From the NCBI GenBank assembly GCA_029258835.1, contig JAPDJY010000039.1:1-64000 (forward strand): a stretch of DNA of 64,000 nucleotides, in the 5' to 3' direction. The stretch comes from Thermoproteota archaeon (lineage in GTDB: Archaea; Asgardarchaeota; Jordiarchaeia; Jordiarchaeales; Freyrarchaeaceae). The notes beneath the pieces were generated by a model. The model was not told the DNA's origin. It ran no database searches and worked only from the letters and a program-made list of their open reading frames with translations. Numbering within the stretch: position 1 is the stretch's first letter; the number at the start of each line of letters is the position of its first letter. The translations under genes were made by a program, and so were the position numbers. Positions 39,605 through 48,791 of the stretch are shown here, one piece after another.

Positions 39605-40849
39605 TCAAAGGGAAGCTGAAACAACCATGTTAATTGCATGTTCCACTTCCTTTTGGAGTAGTTCTGGTAGACCGAACATTCTGGCATCAAGGAAGCCGCG
39701 TATGATGATTGATGTGGCTTCTTCCTCGCTGAATCCACGTGCCATTAGGTAATATATTGCTTCTTCAGCTATTTTTCCTACGGCAGCCTCATGGCTCAAC
39801 TCTGTTCCGTTGACTTCCCCACGCAGCTCAGGAATAGCGTGTATGACAGCACTGTTAGACAGAAGGAGTCCTCTACATTCGATGTGTCCTCGAGTATTTG
39901 CTTCTCGCCCAATTAATGCTCCTCTAGAATAAATCTCCGCGTTTTCGGTTGCAATTACCCTTGACTTAACTTCCCCCCGGCTCCCTTCGCCCTCCAGAAC
40001 TAGCTTCCCTCCCACGTCTATTATGGATTTCTTGCCTCCGTAAATTAGAGAGTTGAAAACCGCTACAGAGTTTTTCCCCTTACAGTAGGCTGTGGGATAT
40101 GTCTGAATGCTTCCGACAGGTTTTAAATTTACATAGTTGCTGATGAAGGTGGAACCCTTCTCCAGTATAATAGCGGTTCTTGGTCTGACTGCGAGATGCT
40201 CAGCCCAATTATGTATCATGGTATAGGTAAGCTTTGAGCCCTCTTTAAGATATATTTCAGTTATTCCCACATGGAGGGCTTTTGAAACGTTTGGGTGTAC
40301 TACACAACCTGTTATGACCTGAGCTTCCGCGTAAGGTTCTAGTATAATGACGTTATGCACGTTTTGGTCGAGGTTGTTTCGAGATATGTAAAGGCATGAC
40401 TGTATTGGAACGGTTACCTTTTTTTCTGGGGCAACACGGAGAAAGTATCCGTGATCCCAGTTCAAAGCAGCGATGGCAGTGTACTTGTCAGCGTCTACCG
40501 GGACAGCTTTCCAGAAGTACTCGTCAAGCCACCCATACTTCCTTTTAGCTTCTACGGTACTGATCAGTTCTATCGCTCCGTCAAAGTACTTATTGACCCC
40601 TTCAAAAACAACCGAATGGTCAATTTGGAAGAATGTTCCAGCACGCGCTTTCATGTCTGGTTGCACGCCCGCCCTTAACGCCTGGTTCCTCACGTCTGCA
40701 GGTAGCTCTGCTGGAGACGTTTTACCCCAGTCATTAGCGGTCCTTGAGAAGGCGGAAACATCTATGTCTGGCCCATATTTAGCTTTTTTATTAAGCGCCT
40801 TCGCCGCCTTCTCCCTTAATTCCACTTCCCGCTTAGTTAGCTGGGACAT
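39605..40849 (-). CDS. SufB/SufD-like Fe-S assembly protein (SmsB)
   Basis: QNVHN, HVGITE, MIHNW, GHIECRGL, IHAIPEL, LSHEAAVGKI, YLMARG. Confidence 0.93.
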   Translation of the reverse strand: MSQLTKREVELREKAAKALNKKAKYGPDIDVSAFSRTANDWGKTSPAELPADVRNQALRAGVQPDMKARAGTFFQIDHSVVFEGVNKYFDGAIELISTVEAKRKYGWLDEYFWKAVPVDADKYTAIAALNWDHGYFLRVAPEKKVTVPIQSCLYISRNNLDQNVHNVIILEPYAEAQVITGCVVHPNVSKALHVGITEIYLKEGSKLTYTMIHNWAEHLAVRPRTAIILEKGSTFISNYVNLKPVGSIQTYPTAYCKGKNSVAVFNSLIYGGKKSIIDVGGKLVLEGEGSRGEVKSRVIATENAEIYSRGALIGREANTRGHIECRGLLLSNSAVIHAIPELRGEVNGTELSHEAAVGKIAEEAIYYLMARGFSEEEATSIIIRGFLDARMFGLPELLQKEVEHAINMVVSASL

Positions 40850-40850
40850 T

Positions 40851-41600
40851 CTAGTCGCCTCGCTCCTTCATTATCCTGCATTTATCGCACCACCAGTATC
40901 CTTCCCTCAAAATGTGATCTAGAATCTCTATAGGTCTTCCTGAACACGCTATTTTTCCATTTATAACGACGTGAGCTTTATGGGCTTCCACATACCTTAA
41001 GATGTATCCGAGATGTGTTATTAGGATGCCGGAGCGCTCCCTTGCAAGCTCGTTTATGATGCCTCCTATTATTTCTAAGTTTTCCACGTCAACGCCCGAG
41101 TCGGGTTCGTCTAAAAGTAGGAACTTGGGTTTTTGCGCTATAAGCTGCATAAGCTCGCACCTCTTGATTTCACCTCCTGAAAAACCACGGTTAAGCTCCC
41201 TTTCAAGGTAGAATGTTGGAAAGTTAACCCTCCTGGCGATATTCGTAGGAGTTTCACCCTGGCCCTTCGCTAACCTCTCTAAGACGTCTCCGAGACGTAC
41301 ACCAGGTATCTGGGGAGGATTCTGAAATATTACACCGAGCCCTTTTTTGACACGTTCATTGACAGGAAGCGATGTTATGTCTTCGCCCATGAATATAATT
41401 TCTCCGTGAACGACCTTGTAACGTGGAAAACCAAGTATAGTTAATATGAGGCTTGTTTTCCCGGAGCCGTTTGGCCCGAAGAGCACGTGGAGTTCCCCTT
41501 CCGGGACCTCCAAGTTAACTTTATCCAGCACACGTCTACCATCAACCTCAACTATTAAATCACGTATTTCAAGAGCAAGCAGACAAGACACCTCCTTCAA
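40851..41600 (-). CDS. SufC-like ABC ATPase (SmsC)
   Basis: GPNGSGKTS, NRGFSGGEIKR, LDEPDSGVD, C-terminal CDKC. Confidence 0.93.
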   Translation of the reverse strand: MKEVSCLLALEIRDLIVEVDGRRVLDKVNLEVPEGELHVLFGPNGSGKTSLILTILGFPRYKVVHGEIIFMGEDITSLPVNERVKKGLGVIFQNPPQIPGVRLGDVLERLAKGQGETPTNIARRVNFPTFYLERELNRGFSGGEIKRCELMQLIAQKPKFLLLDEPDSGVDVENLEIIGGIINELARERSGILITHLGYILRYVEAHKAHVVINGKIACSGRPIEILDHILREGYWWCDKCRIMKERGD

Positions 41601-41736
41601 AAGAGAGGATACGTAAGGAATCTTTGTGAGAAGGATCCTTACTTTTCAGCTAAAACGTCTAAAGAAGGAACTTTTATGAATTTCTCTTTTTGAATTACTA
41701 ATTTTCTGGGGGAATAAAGGGTGAAGTGGGGTTTAT

Positions 41737-42192
41737 TTGATGGTGTACGAAAGAAGGATTCTCCTAAGGCCTGTAAGACTTGACGATTTGAATGAACTTT
41801 ACATTATTGATAAAATATGTTTTCCAGAACACTACTTTCCAAAGGATTTTCTAAGATATTTGCTTACTCATGATTCGGCTTTATCATTTGCCGCTACCAT
41901 GTTGGGGAAAATAGTTGGCTTTGTAATAGGGGTTGCGGAGGGAGAAATAGGCAGGATATATACGCTCGACGTGGTTCCAGAGTTTCGGAGGAGAGGAGTT
42001 GGAGCCATGCTGCTCAAGAAAGTGGAGGAAGAACTTAGAAGGAAAGGGGTGCGGATTTACTGTCTTGAGGTCATGAGGGAGAATTATCCAGCTATCAAAT
42101 TGTACCTCAAAATGAATTATAAGCCGGTTAGAATTCTTAAAGGGTATTATGGAAATAGAGACGGCATCTTAATGGTGAAGGAAGCAGATTGA
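41737..42192 (+). CDS. RimI/Ard1-like GNAT N-acetyltransferase
   Basis: IYTLDVVPEFRRRGVG, LEV..ENYPAIKLY, GYY..DGILM. Confidence 0.9.
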   Translation: MMVYERRILLRPVRLDDLNELYIIDKICFPEHYFPKDFLRYLLTHDSALSFAATMLGKIVGFVIGVAEGEIGRIYTLDVVPEFRRRGVGAMLLKKVEEELRRKGVRIYCLEVMRENYPAIKLYLKMNYKPVRILKGYYGNRDGILMVKEAD

Positions 42193-42209
42193 AACGGTTA
42201 ACTTTGCGG

Positions 42210-43364
42210 TTACCTGTATTCTTCTAATGTTTTTTTAACGGTGTAAGCTATAGTTGACACGTCGTCTTCAGTTAGCGCTGGATGAACTGGCAAAGAGAAA
42301 ACTGTTTTTGATGCAAACTCCGAGTTTGGAAGGGAAAGGGAATTATAGCCGTATTTCCTGTAGAGGGGGGTTCTATGTACTGGTATGGGGTAATAAACTG
42401 TGGCGCCTATTCCCTTCCTTCTCAACGCCGAAACAATTTCATCTCTTTTTTCTATTCTTTCTTTAAGCCTCACTGTGTAAAGGTTCCATGCATGACGGAC
42501 GTTCTCCTTTTCAACAGGTAACACTAGGAGGTCCATGTCCTCCAGCAGAGAAGTTAAATGATTAGCGTTTCTCCGCCTTGCTTCGAGGAAATGGTTAATT
42601 TTCCTCATTTGAGCTACACCTATAGCTGCGCTTATTTCTGGAAGACGCCAATTATGTCCCAGTAGTGAAGGCCCGTAATCACCCTTTTCACCATGATTCC
42701 GTATCATTTTGATTTTCTCAGCTAGCTCCCTGTCGTTGGTTGTGATCATTCCTCCTTCCCCGGTTGTTATCATCTTTGTTGGGTAAAAACTGAAGCAACC
42801 CAGTTGGCCGAAGCATCCAACCTTTGAACCGTTATATTCTGCACCGTGTGCTTGAGCAGCGTCTTCTACAATGTAAATGTTTTCCTCTTCGGCAAGCTCC
42901 GTGAGGGGGGCTAGATCTGCAGGATGACCGTAAAGGTGAACGGGAATTATAATCTTTGTCTTGTCCGTAATTGATTTCTTAACGGCGTTAACATCTAACG
43001 TGTACGTTTCAAGGTTTATATCAACAAATACGGGTTTTGCACCTAGGTGAAGAACAACATTGCAGGTGGCTGAAAAGGTGAATGATGGAAGAATAACTTC
43101 GTCTCCTGCCTTAACATTTAAAGCAAGCAGTGAGGCATGGAGAGCAGCCGTTCCAGAGCTTACCGCTATAGCATACTTTACACCGATAAAATCAGAGAAT
43201 AATTTTTCAAATTCAGAAACCATTTTTCCCTCGCCGGTTCTCACCGTTAACAATCCGGACCGTAGAACACTCAGGATATTTTCCTCCTCTTCTCGCCCTA
43301 TAATGGGACAGTTAATCGGGATCAACTTTGACAAGTTAGCACCTCCAGTCTTCGCCATGGACAA
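42210..43364 (-). CDS. DegT/DnrJ/EryC1/StrS PLP sugar aminotransferase
   Basis: SSGTAALH, PVHLYG, EDAAQAHG, FSFYPTKMITTGEGG. Confidence 0.95.
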   Translation of the reverse strand: MSMAKTGGANLSKLIPINCPIIGREEEENILSVLRSGLLTVRTGEGKMVSEFEKLFSDFIGVKYAIAVSSGTAALHASLLALNVKAGDEVILPSFTFSATCNVVLHLGAKPVFVDINLETYTLDVNAVKKSITDKTKIIIPVHLYGHPADLAPLTELAEEENIYIVEDAAQAHGAEYNGSKVGCFGQLGCFSFYPTKMITTGEGGMITTNDRELAEKIKMIRNHGEKGDYGPSLLGHNWRLPEISAAIGVAQMRKINHFLEARRRNANHLTSLLEDMDLLVLPVEKENVRHAWNLYTVRLKERIEKRDEIVSALRRKGIGATVYYPIPVHRTPLYRKYGYNSLSLPNSEFASKTVFSLPVHPALTEDDVSTIAYTVKKTLEEYR

Positions 43365-43417
43365 AGAGAGACATGTTCTTTAAGTGAAGATGTCCATTAA
43401 AGTTTCTTTGGGGGAGC

Positions 43418-44074
43418 ATGTTGGAAGTTGTAAAGAAAATTATTAAGGGTAAACTGAGGTATAGTGCTATCAGTAATCCAGAGGAAAAGAACATAGTGGA
43501 ATGGTTGCTTGAGAGAGGGGCTGTCAGGATAGTTAACGATGAAATAGAAATTACGGACAAGATAGAGTTCGTTGATACTTTCCTAAGTCGCGGGTTCAGC
43601 ATCGAGTTCTTGACGGGACTCTTCAACTGGAGGGAATTTGAGGATTTTTCGGGTGAAATTCTAGGGAGGCATGGCTACACTCTGCTGCGTAACTACAGGT
43701 TTTCTCACGGTAAACATAGGTTTGAAATAGACGTTGTCGGGTTTAAAAGGCCGATGATTATTTGTGTGGATTGCAAACAGTATAGACGGCCAAGAGGGCG
43801 GAGCATAAACATAAAGCAGATAGAAAGGCATTTAAGGCGGGTAAAGGCGTTCGCCGTCCACTTAAAAGGGCAAGCCGTGAAAATCGGCGTGTCTGGCTGG
43901 GGTAAAGCCTTCGTTATCCCCATTGTAGTAACATTACTTCAGGAGGGAATACATCTTAATGTCCCGGTGGTGCCGATATTTAAGCTGAACATGTTTCTCC
44001 TCGAATTAGCCTTAAATACCTCAGACGTTAAGCGCTTCGAGGTGGAAATTCCAAGGTACAGTACGCTAACATGA
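43418..44074 (+). CDS. PD-(D/E)xK restriction-endonuclease-like (Mrr/NERD) protein
   Basis: WREFE...EIDVVG...VDCKQY. Confidence 0.8.
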   Translation: MLEVVKKIIKGKLRYSAISNPEEKNIVEWLLERGAVRIVNDEIEITDKIEFVDTFLSRGFSIEFLTGLFNWREFEDFSGEILGRHGYTLLRNYRFSHGKHRFEIDVVGFKRPMIICVDCKQYRRPRGRSINIKQIERHLRRVKAFAVHLKGQAVKIGVSGWGKAFVIPIVVTLLQEGIHLNVPVVPIFKLNMFLLELALNTSDVKRFEVEIPRYSTLT

Positions 44075-44088
44075 ATTTCTCCATGTTT

Positions 44089-44616
44089 TTAACTTAGATT
44101 TAACATGTTCAGAACGTGAATGTACGTTTTATACCAGTTTTCACGTGTCAAAAAAATCAGTTCCACGTCTCTTCTACTCTTCAACTCCCATTCTAATGGG
44201 TGATCGACATTCACACCTATCGTTCCTAAAAATGGCTTTTCTGATGATACAGCGTACTTAACAGCATCTATGAAGGGAGCGGCAAGCAGCTCCATCTTTC
44301 CGATCTCGTCAATTATTATCAGGTCAGCTTCCTTGACGGCTCGCCTTATAGCGTTAACACCTAGGCGGGATATGTTCTCCGTGTAAACGACGTACTTTCC
44401 AATCCGTGGAAACCCCTCCCCGGACTTAGCCATGACAGCGCTTTCCCCCGTGAAGACATCGACTATTAAAAATCCTATTCTTACATTTCCTTCCTTGAGT
44501 TCAGGCGTCATTATCCCCCCAACCTTCATTCCTTTACCTAGCGCCTTCTCGACGACACGCTTTACAAGGGTGCTTTTACCCGAGCGGGGGCGACCTGTTA
44601 CCAAGATCTTTCTCAA
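44089..44616 (-). CDS. Nucleoside triphosphatase (THEP1/NTPCR family)
   Basis: TGRPRSGKST, RIGF, RIGKY, IIDEIGKMEL. Confidence 0.93.
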   Translation of the reverse strand: MRKILVTGRPRSGKSTLVKRVVEKALGKGMKVGGIMTPELKEGNVRIGFLIVDVFTGESAVMAKSGEGFPRIGKYVVYTENISRLGVNAIRRAVKEADLIIIDEIGKMELLAAPFIDAVKYAVSSEKPFLGTIGVNVDHPLEWELKSRRDVELIFLTRENWYKTYIHVLNMLNLS

Positions 44617-44713
44617 ACCAAACCACGCTCCCTCTAAAGGGGCATACGTTTAATAAGCATCATATTATTTTTTTGATTTTAAGGTGTTTACTCAAGCTTG
44701 AAGCGAGGTCTCT

Positions 44714-45367
44714 TTGATGGACAAGATGGAGGATGAATTACACGGCATTGCCCTAAAATTTGTTGCTGAGATGGGAAATGTTAAAGAAGAGTTGAGAAAG
44801 ACGGCGAATTCGTTTTTTAATAGGCTTATAAGGGACATGCTGGGGAGGGAGAGTGATGACCTTAGGAGAGTGGAGCTTAACAAGGTAATTATTAAGGTTC
44901 GAGGATTAGTTGAGGAACTCATTGACCTACTAGCTGATAAGACAATAGTATCCGCGTTAAAGCACATTCAGCTTTTGGTAGGAGAAATTGGGGATGCTAG
45001 AAGGATGGATGAAGTGGCCGAGAAAATTTTCAATGAAGTTAAGGATAGAGCGGAGCATTACAGGTTGAAGCAGAGGGTCGCCGAGCTGGAGAGCACGCTT
45101 AAGAAAACGGAGGAGCTGATGAGAAGTTACGCGATTAAGATTAAGGAAGCTTTAGCTAAAGATGAAAAATACAGGGTTGTAATATTCTTGGAGGAGGAAG
45201 GTGCGAGTGATTATGGGAAAATATCAGAAAGGTTAGGGATTCCTAGGTCTAGGGTTAGAAAGTATGTTAAAGAGCTTGAAGATGCAGGGATGATCCAAGT
45301 TGAAAGGTCGAGGTCACGTCATGTAGCAAAAATTAAAGAGGTTCCTTGGAGTATTAAGGAGGGTTAA
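44714..45367 (+). CDS. Coiled-coil protein with C-terminal winged HTH
   Basis: Heptad-rich LKQRVAELESTLKK, then YGKISERLGIPRSRVRKYVKELEDAGMI. Confidence 0.75.
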   Translation: MMDKMEDELHGIALKFVAEMGNVKEELRKTANSFFNRLIRDMLGRESDDLRRVELNKVIIKVRGLVEELIDLLADKTIVSALKHIQLLVGEIGDARRMDEVAEKIFNEVKDRAEHYRLKQRVAELESTLKKTEELMRSYAIKIKEALAKDEKYRVVIFLEEEGASDYGKISERLGIPRSRVRKYVKELEDAGMIQVERSRSRHVAKIKEVPWSIKEG

Positions 45368-45370
45368 AGA

Positions 45371-45655
45371 GTGCCATGGATTATTGTTGAATACTTCTTT
45401 AGCCCTACATCCAGCGAGTGTAAGGAGTTCATGAGGATGGTTGTTACACCCTTAATGCAGAGATTTAGGAAGGATGTTGAATGGAAGGTATATAATATCT
45501 ATGATGCCAGGGCGAAGAAGCTGGCAGACCAGTACGGGATTAAAGGAGTGCCAGCTCTCGTAATAAATGGAAAGGAAATCGTTGTGGGGTTTAAGCCTCC
45601 TAGAGTTATTGAGGAGAAAATTATGGAGATGCTTAATTTGAGCAAGACACGATAA
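45371..45655 (+). CDS. Thioredoxin-like protein with SxxC site
   Basis: FFSPTSSEC, YGIKGVPALVING. Confidence 0.8.
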   Translation: MPWIIVEYFFSPTSSECKEFMRMVVTPLMQRFRKDVEWKVYNIYDARAKKLADQYGIKGVPALVINGKEIVVGFKPPRVIEEKIMEMLNLSKTR

Positions 45656-45664
45656 ATTTTAGAT

Positions 45665-47575
45665 TTAGAGCTTGCTTATTATGGCGTCCATGGACTCCAC
45701 GCATTTAACTCCGTCCAGTACGGTGGGGGAAGGAGGAATCCTATTTGCAACGCACTGTACAAAGTAGCTTATTTCAGCGCCGTAGGAGTAATGCGTCCGC
45801 TTGACAGCCATCATCACCTTGTCTACCAAGTCCTTCAATAAGGGTTCTACGGCGTATCTTTCCCATCTCCCTCTATTCCAGTTTATTTTTACTGCGTAAG
45901 GTGATCGAAGCACGTCGAACCTTACAGTTCCCCGGCTTCCCTTTATCTCCCAGGAGAAGGAAGGAATTATGCTGTCTGAGAACCAGCTTAAAATTATGTT
46001 CGCATTTGCCCCGCATTGCATAGTTAATTCTACTGACGCATGATCATAGACGCCGTATCGTTCGGATTCAGCTTCGACTCTGCATACTTCTTCGATGTCG
46101 CCTAGGAAGTAATGTAGCATGTCTATGACGTGTGGTCCAAGATCGGAGATAACCCCTGTTTTTTCCGTGAACCTGAAGGGCACTACAGCATTCCATATTC
46201 TTTGATCGCTCTTAAAAACAGCTTTAACCTCACTTACCTTACCTATTTTTCCACGTGAAATTATTTCGTTGACCATTCTAACGCTCGGGGTGAACCTATA
46301 GTTAAATGCGGGCATTACGAAGTATTTACTATCTTTAACCTCTTCAAGGAGCTCATATGCATCCTTCGTGCTCGTAGCTAAAGGCTTCTCACAAAGCACA
46401 TACTTACCATGGTTAATTGCTTCTGTGACCATTAGCTTATGAAGATGTGGGGGAGTGCATATTGAAACTGCATCTAAATGATCGTTTTCTAAGAGCTGCT
46501 TATAATCCCTATATGCCCGCTTAACCCTAAATTTCTCTTTCACATAAGATAACCGTTCCTCGTTTACGTCCGCCACACCGATTATTTCAACGTTTCCGAG
46601 GCTAGCATACCCTGGGAGATGCAAGTATTCTGCTATTTTCCCGCAGCCAATGACGCCCACACGGATCCTTTTTGCTAAGGGATGGAAGCTCTCACCGCCA
46701 AGAAAAAGAAGCCTAAAGGTCATAGTTCCGTCTGTAACTATTCCAGTTACTGACCGAGGTGACCTAAACTTCCTAGTAACGCTTCTAAGGGGCTCTCCTA
46801 TAACCTCTATTTTGTCTATGTCTATTTCACCGATGCCAAAGCTGTGGGTTTTAGTTATTATTTTTATCCGTTTGGGGTTGAACCCCATTATGTGTGCAGA
46901 GACCGAGTCGACAGTCACCGGGTCGTAACCGCAGATGATTAAGTTCATAGGAACCGGAGTTCCTACTATCGGTCCTCTTCCCTCCATAGCTGTTATTCCA
47001 TCTACAACTATGAGGTCTTGCCTACATGCGACATTTATTAGAGGAATTATTTCTTCTAAAATTGGGTGGTAAAAAATGGCTTTATTTTTCTCGGGTAAAA
47101 TGCCAAACATGTTTTTCAGCGCAACTGTTATGGTTGTAATTTCGTGCGTTTTTAGTTTAGGAACATTTACGAAGTAGGATGCTTCTAGAACCGTTCTTGG
47201 GATGCGTAGAACACGGCCCATCACTGGGACACGGAGTACTTCATCTCTGCTCAAATTAACGAAGTCCGCATCGTTCTTTCGTACAACTTCCATTAACCCG
47301 CTTTGCTCCATCCTTATTTCGGCGTGATTTGAAGTGCTATCACTCTCAACAACGGTAACCTTACTAGTATACTCTTTTAAGATCTTTAAGACGGCGTTTA
47401 GAACACGTGGATCCGTGTTTATTGCACCATAAGGGTCGTTATGGAACGCTGCATTCGGCTTTACGATCACTTCATCTCCTCTGTCAACGTCTATGCCTCC
47501 GAGGGACTCTATGGAGGAACGAACAGCCCTTAATACGTCACCGTTTCTAACCCTGAAAACGCTAACTTTAGGCAA
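45665..47575 (-). CDS. DUF362 + Gfo/Idh/MocA oxidoreductase fusion
   Basis: IVKPN, PKLKTH, LKNMFG, DGITAMEGRGP (DUF362); then GVIGCGKIA, CTPP, LCEKP, DLGPHVID (Gfo/Idh/MocA). Confidence 0.88.
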   Translation of the reverse strand: MPKVSVFRVRNGDVLRAVRSSIESLGGIDVDRGDEVIVKPNAAFHNDPYGAINTDPRVLNAVLKILKEYTSKVTVVESDSTSNHAEIRMEQSGLMEVVRKNDADFVNLSRDEVLRVPVMGRVLRIPRTVLEASYFVNVPKLKTHEITTITVALKNMFGILPEKNKAIFYHPILEEIIPLINVACRQDLIVVDGITAMEGRGPIVGTPVPMNLIICGYDPVTVDSVSAHIMGFNPKRIKIITKTHSFGIGEIDIDKIEVIGEPLRSVTRKFRSPRSVTGIVTDGTMTFRLLFLGGESFHPLAKRIRVGVIGCGKIAEYLHLPGYASLGNVEIIGVADVNEERLSYVKEKFRVKRAYRDYKQLLENDHLDAVSICTPPHLHKLMVTEAINHGKYVLCEKPLATSTKDAYELLEEVKDSKYFVMPAFNYRFTPSVRMVNEIISRGKIGKVSEVKAVFKSDQRIWNAVVPFRFTEKTGVISDLGPHVIDMLHYFLGDIEEVCRVEAESERYGVYDHASVELTMQCGANANIILSWFSDSIIPSFSWEIKGSRGTVRFDVLRSPYAVKINWNRGRWERYAVEPLLKDLVDKVMMAVKRTHYSYGAEISYFVQCVANRIPPSPTVLDGVKCVESMDAIISKL

Positions 47576-47624
47576 ATATCCCCCCCCAGCGGCGAGGGAA
47601 TTTTAAGGGAACTTAATGGGTATG

Positions 47625-48785
47625 CTACTTTTGAATTTTTTCCCACGTAATATCGCTTCTTCTAACTTTTAAAAACAGGATGTTCTGGTAGAGGATCAGG
47701 AAGGAAAGAGGTATGAAGAGAGGCCAGAGTTTAAGCTTCCCCATTCGGACGCAAAAAAGCAGGCTTGCAAAGAGAGATAAAAGGATTGAAACCGAAACTA
47801 TGATAGTGAGAACATGTAAGTTTGGGTTAAAGAGGGCGAGAGGAAGAAGAAAGAGCAGTAAAATCATAAAAAAAGCCGTTTGAGAGGGTGCAATATAACG
47901 CGCTGAGAAGGCTAACAAGTTTAAAGCATACGGTTCAGGTAGAAGGCGCCCCCCTTCCTTCCTGATTTTCTCCGTTGCCTGGGCAGAGCCTCTACTCCAC
48001 CGCTTTCTTTGCTTTATGAACTCCTTTAAGGAGACCGGTTCTAAAACTTTGACTTTAGCGTTCTCGACATACTTTATTTTTTTCCCGTCAGAATATATTT
48101 TATACCAGAGCACATGATCTTCTGCTAAGGCGTCTGGGTCCCATCCGCCTATTTTCTCGAGGTAGCTACGCTTGACAGCGTAGTTGTAACCTATAAGTAC
48201 CGGAACTGCAACCAACTGCCCACCTTGCCATAAAGCGTATTCAAGATCAATAAGCTTGTTGAGCGTGTTCCTATGTTCCACTTCATATCCACCTTGCGCC
48301 GCCACGGTTTCCTCTTCTTTAAGCGCGTTTACCAAAGTCTTTAGGGAGGAGGGTTGAGGAAGGGAATCAGCGTCATAGACGACTATGATTTCGCCTTTAG
48401 AACGGGCTAAGCCGTCATTGAGGGCAGATGGTTTCCCAAATCTCCCATGCCGCCTTAGAACTTGGACATTTCCTTTATGAGATTTAAAGGCATTTATTAC
48501 CTCTGATGTACTATCTGAGGAATCGTCAATAAAAATTATTTCAAGTTTGTCTTCAGGATAATCAATCGTTTTCAGGCCGGTAATTATCCTTTTAACATTC
48601 TCGCCTTCATTAAAGGTTGGAATTAGAATAGTTACAAAGGGGAGGTCCCCACTAAACAGAGGGGAGTCACTACGTTTAATTAAGGAAAAAAGAGCTGTTA
48701 TGAGGTAGGTTGATGGTATTAAAAGGCAGATCGCCCCAACCAGCAAGTACCCTAAGACAAGGATAATGTCCATTACGCCGTTCAT
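47625..48785 (-). CDS. GT2 glycosyltransferase, membrane-bound processive type
   Basis: IPTFNE, IDD, YDADS, AED, QRKRW; flanking TM helices. Confidence 0.92.
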   Translation of the reverse strand: MNGVMDIILVLGYLLVGAICLLIPSTYLITALFSLIKRSDSPLFSGDLPFVTILIPTFNEGENVKRIITGLKTIDYPEDKLEIIFIDDSSDSTSEVINAFKSHKGNVQVLRRHGRFGKPSALNDGLARSKGEIIVVYDADSLPQPSSLKTLVNALKEEETVAAQGGYEVEHRNTLNKLIDLEYALWQGGQLVAVPVLIGYNYAVKRSYLEKIGGWDPDALAEDHVLWYKIYSDGKKIKYVENAKVKVLEPVSLKEFIKQRKRWSRGSAQATEKIRKEGGRLLPEPYALNLLAFSARYIAPSQTAFFMILLLFLLPLALFNPNLHVLTIIVSVSILLSLFASLLFCVRMGKLKLWPLFIPLSFLILYQNILFLKVRRSDITWEKIQK

Positions 48786-48791
48786 TTCCAG

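Noticed and set aside
43418-44074. Restriction-modification or other defence system
   Set aside because: A solitary nuclease-fold gene among housekeeping genes, with no methyltransferase or other defence genes nearby.
45404-45421. Possible selenocysteine in the thioredoxin active site
   Set aside because: The codon is TCC, not TGA. I noticed no in-frame TGA readthrough candidates elsewhere.
46670-46700. GGTGAG SD-like relic at the DUF362/Gfo junction, suggesting a recent fusion
   Set aside because: No start codon at the short spacing used by other genes here; too weak to support.
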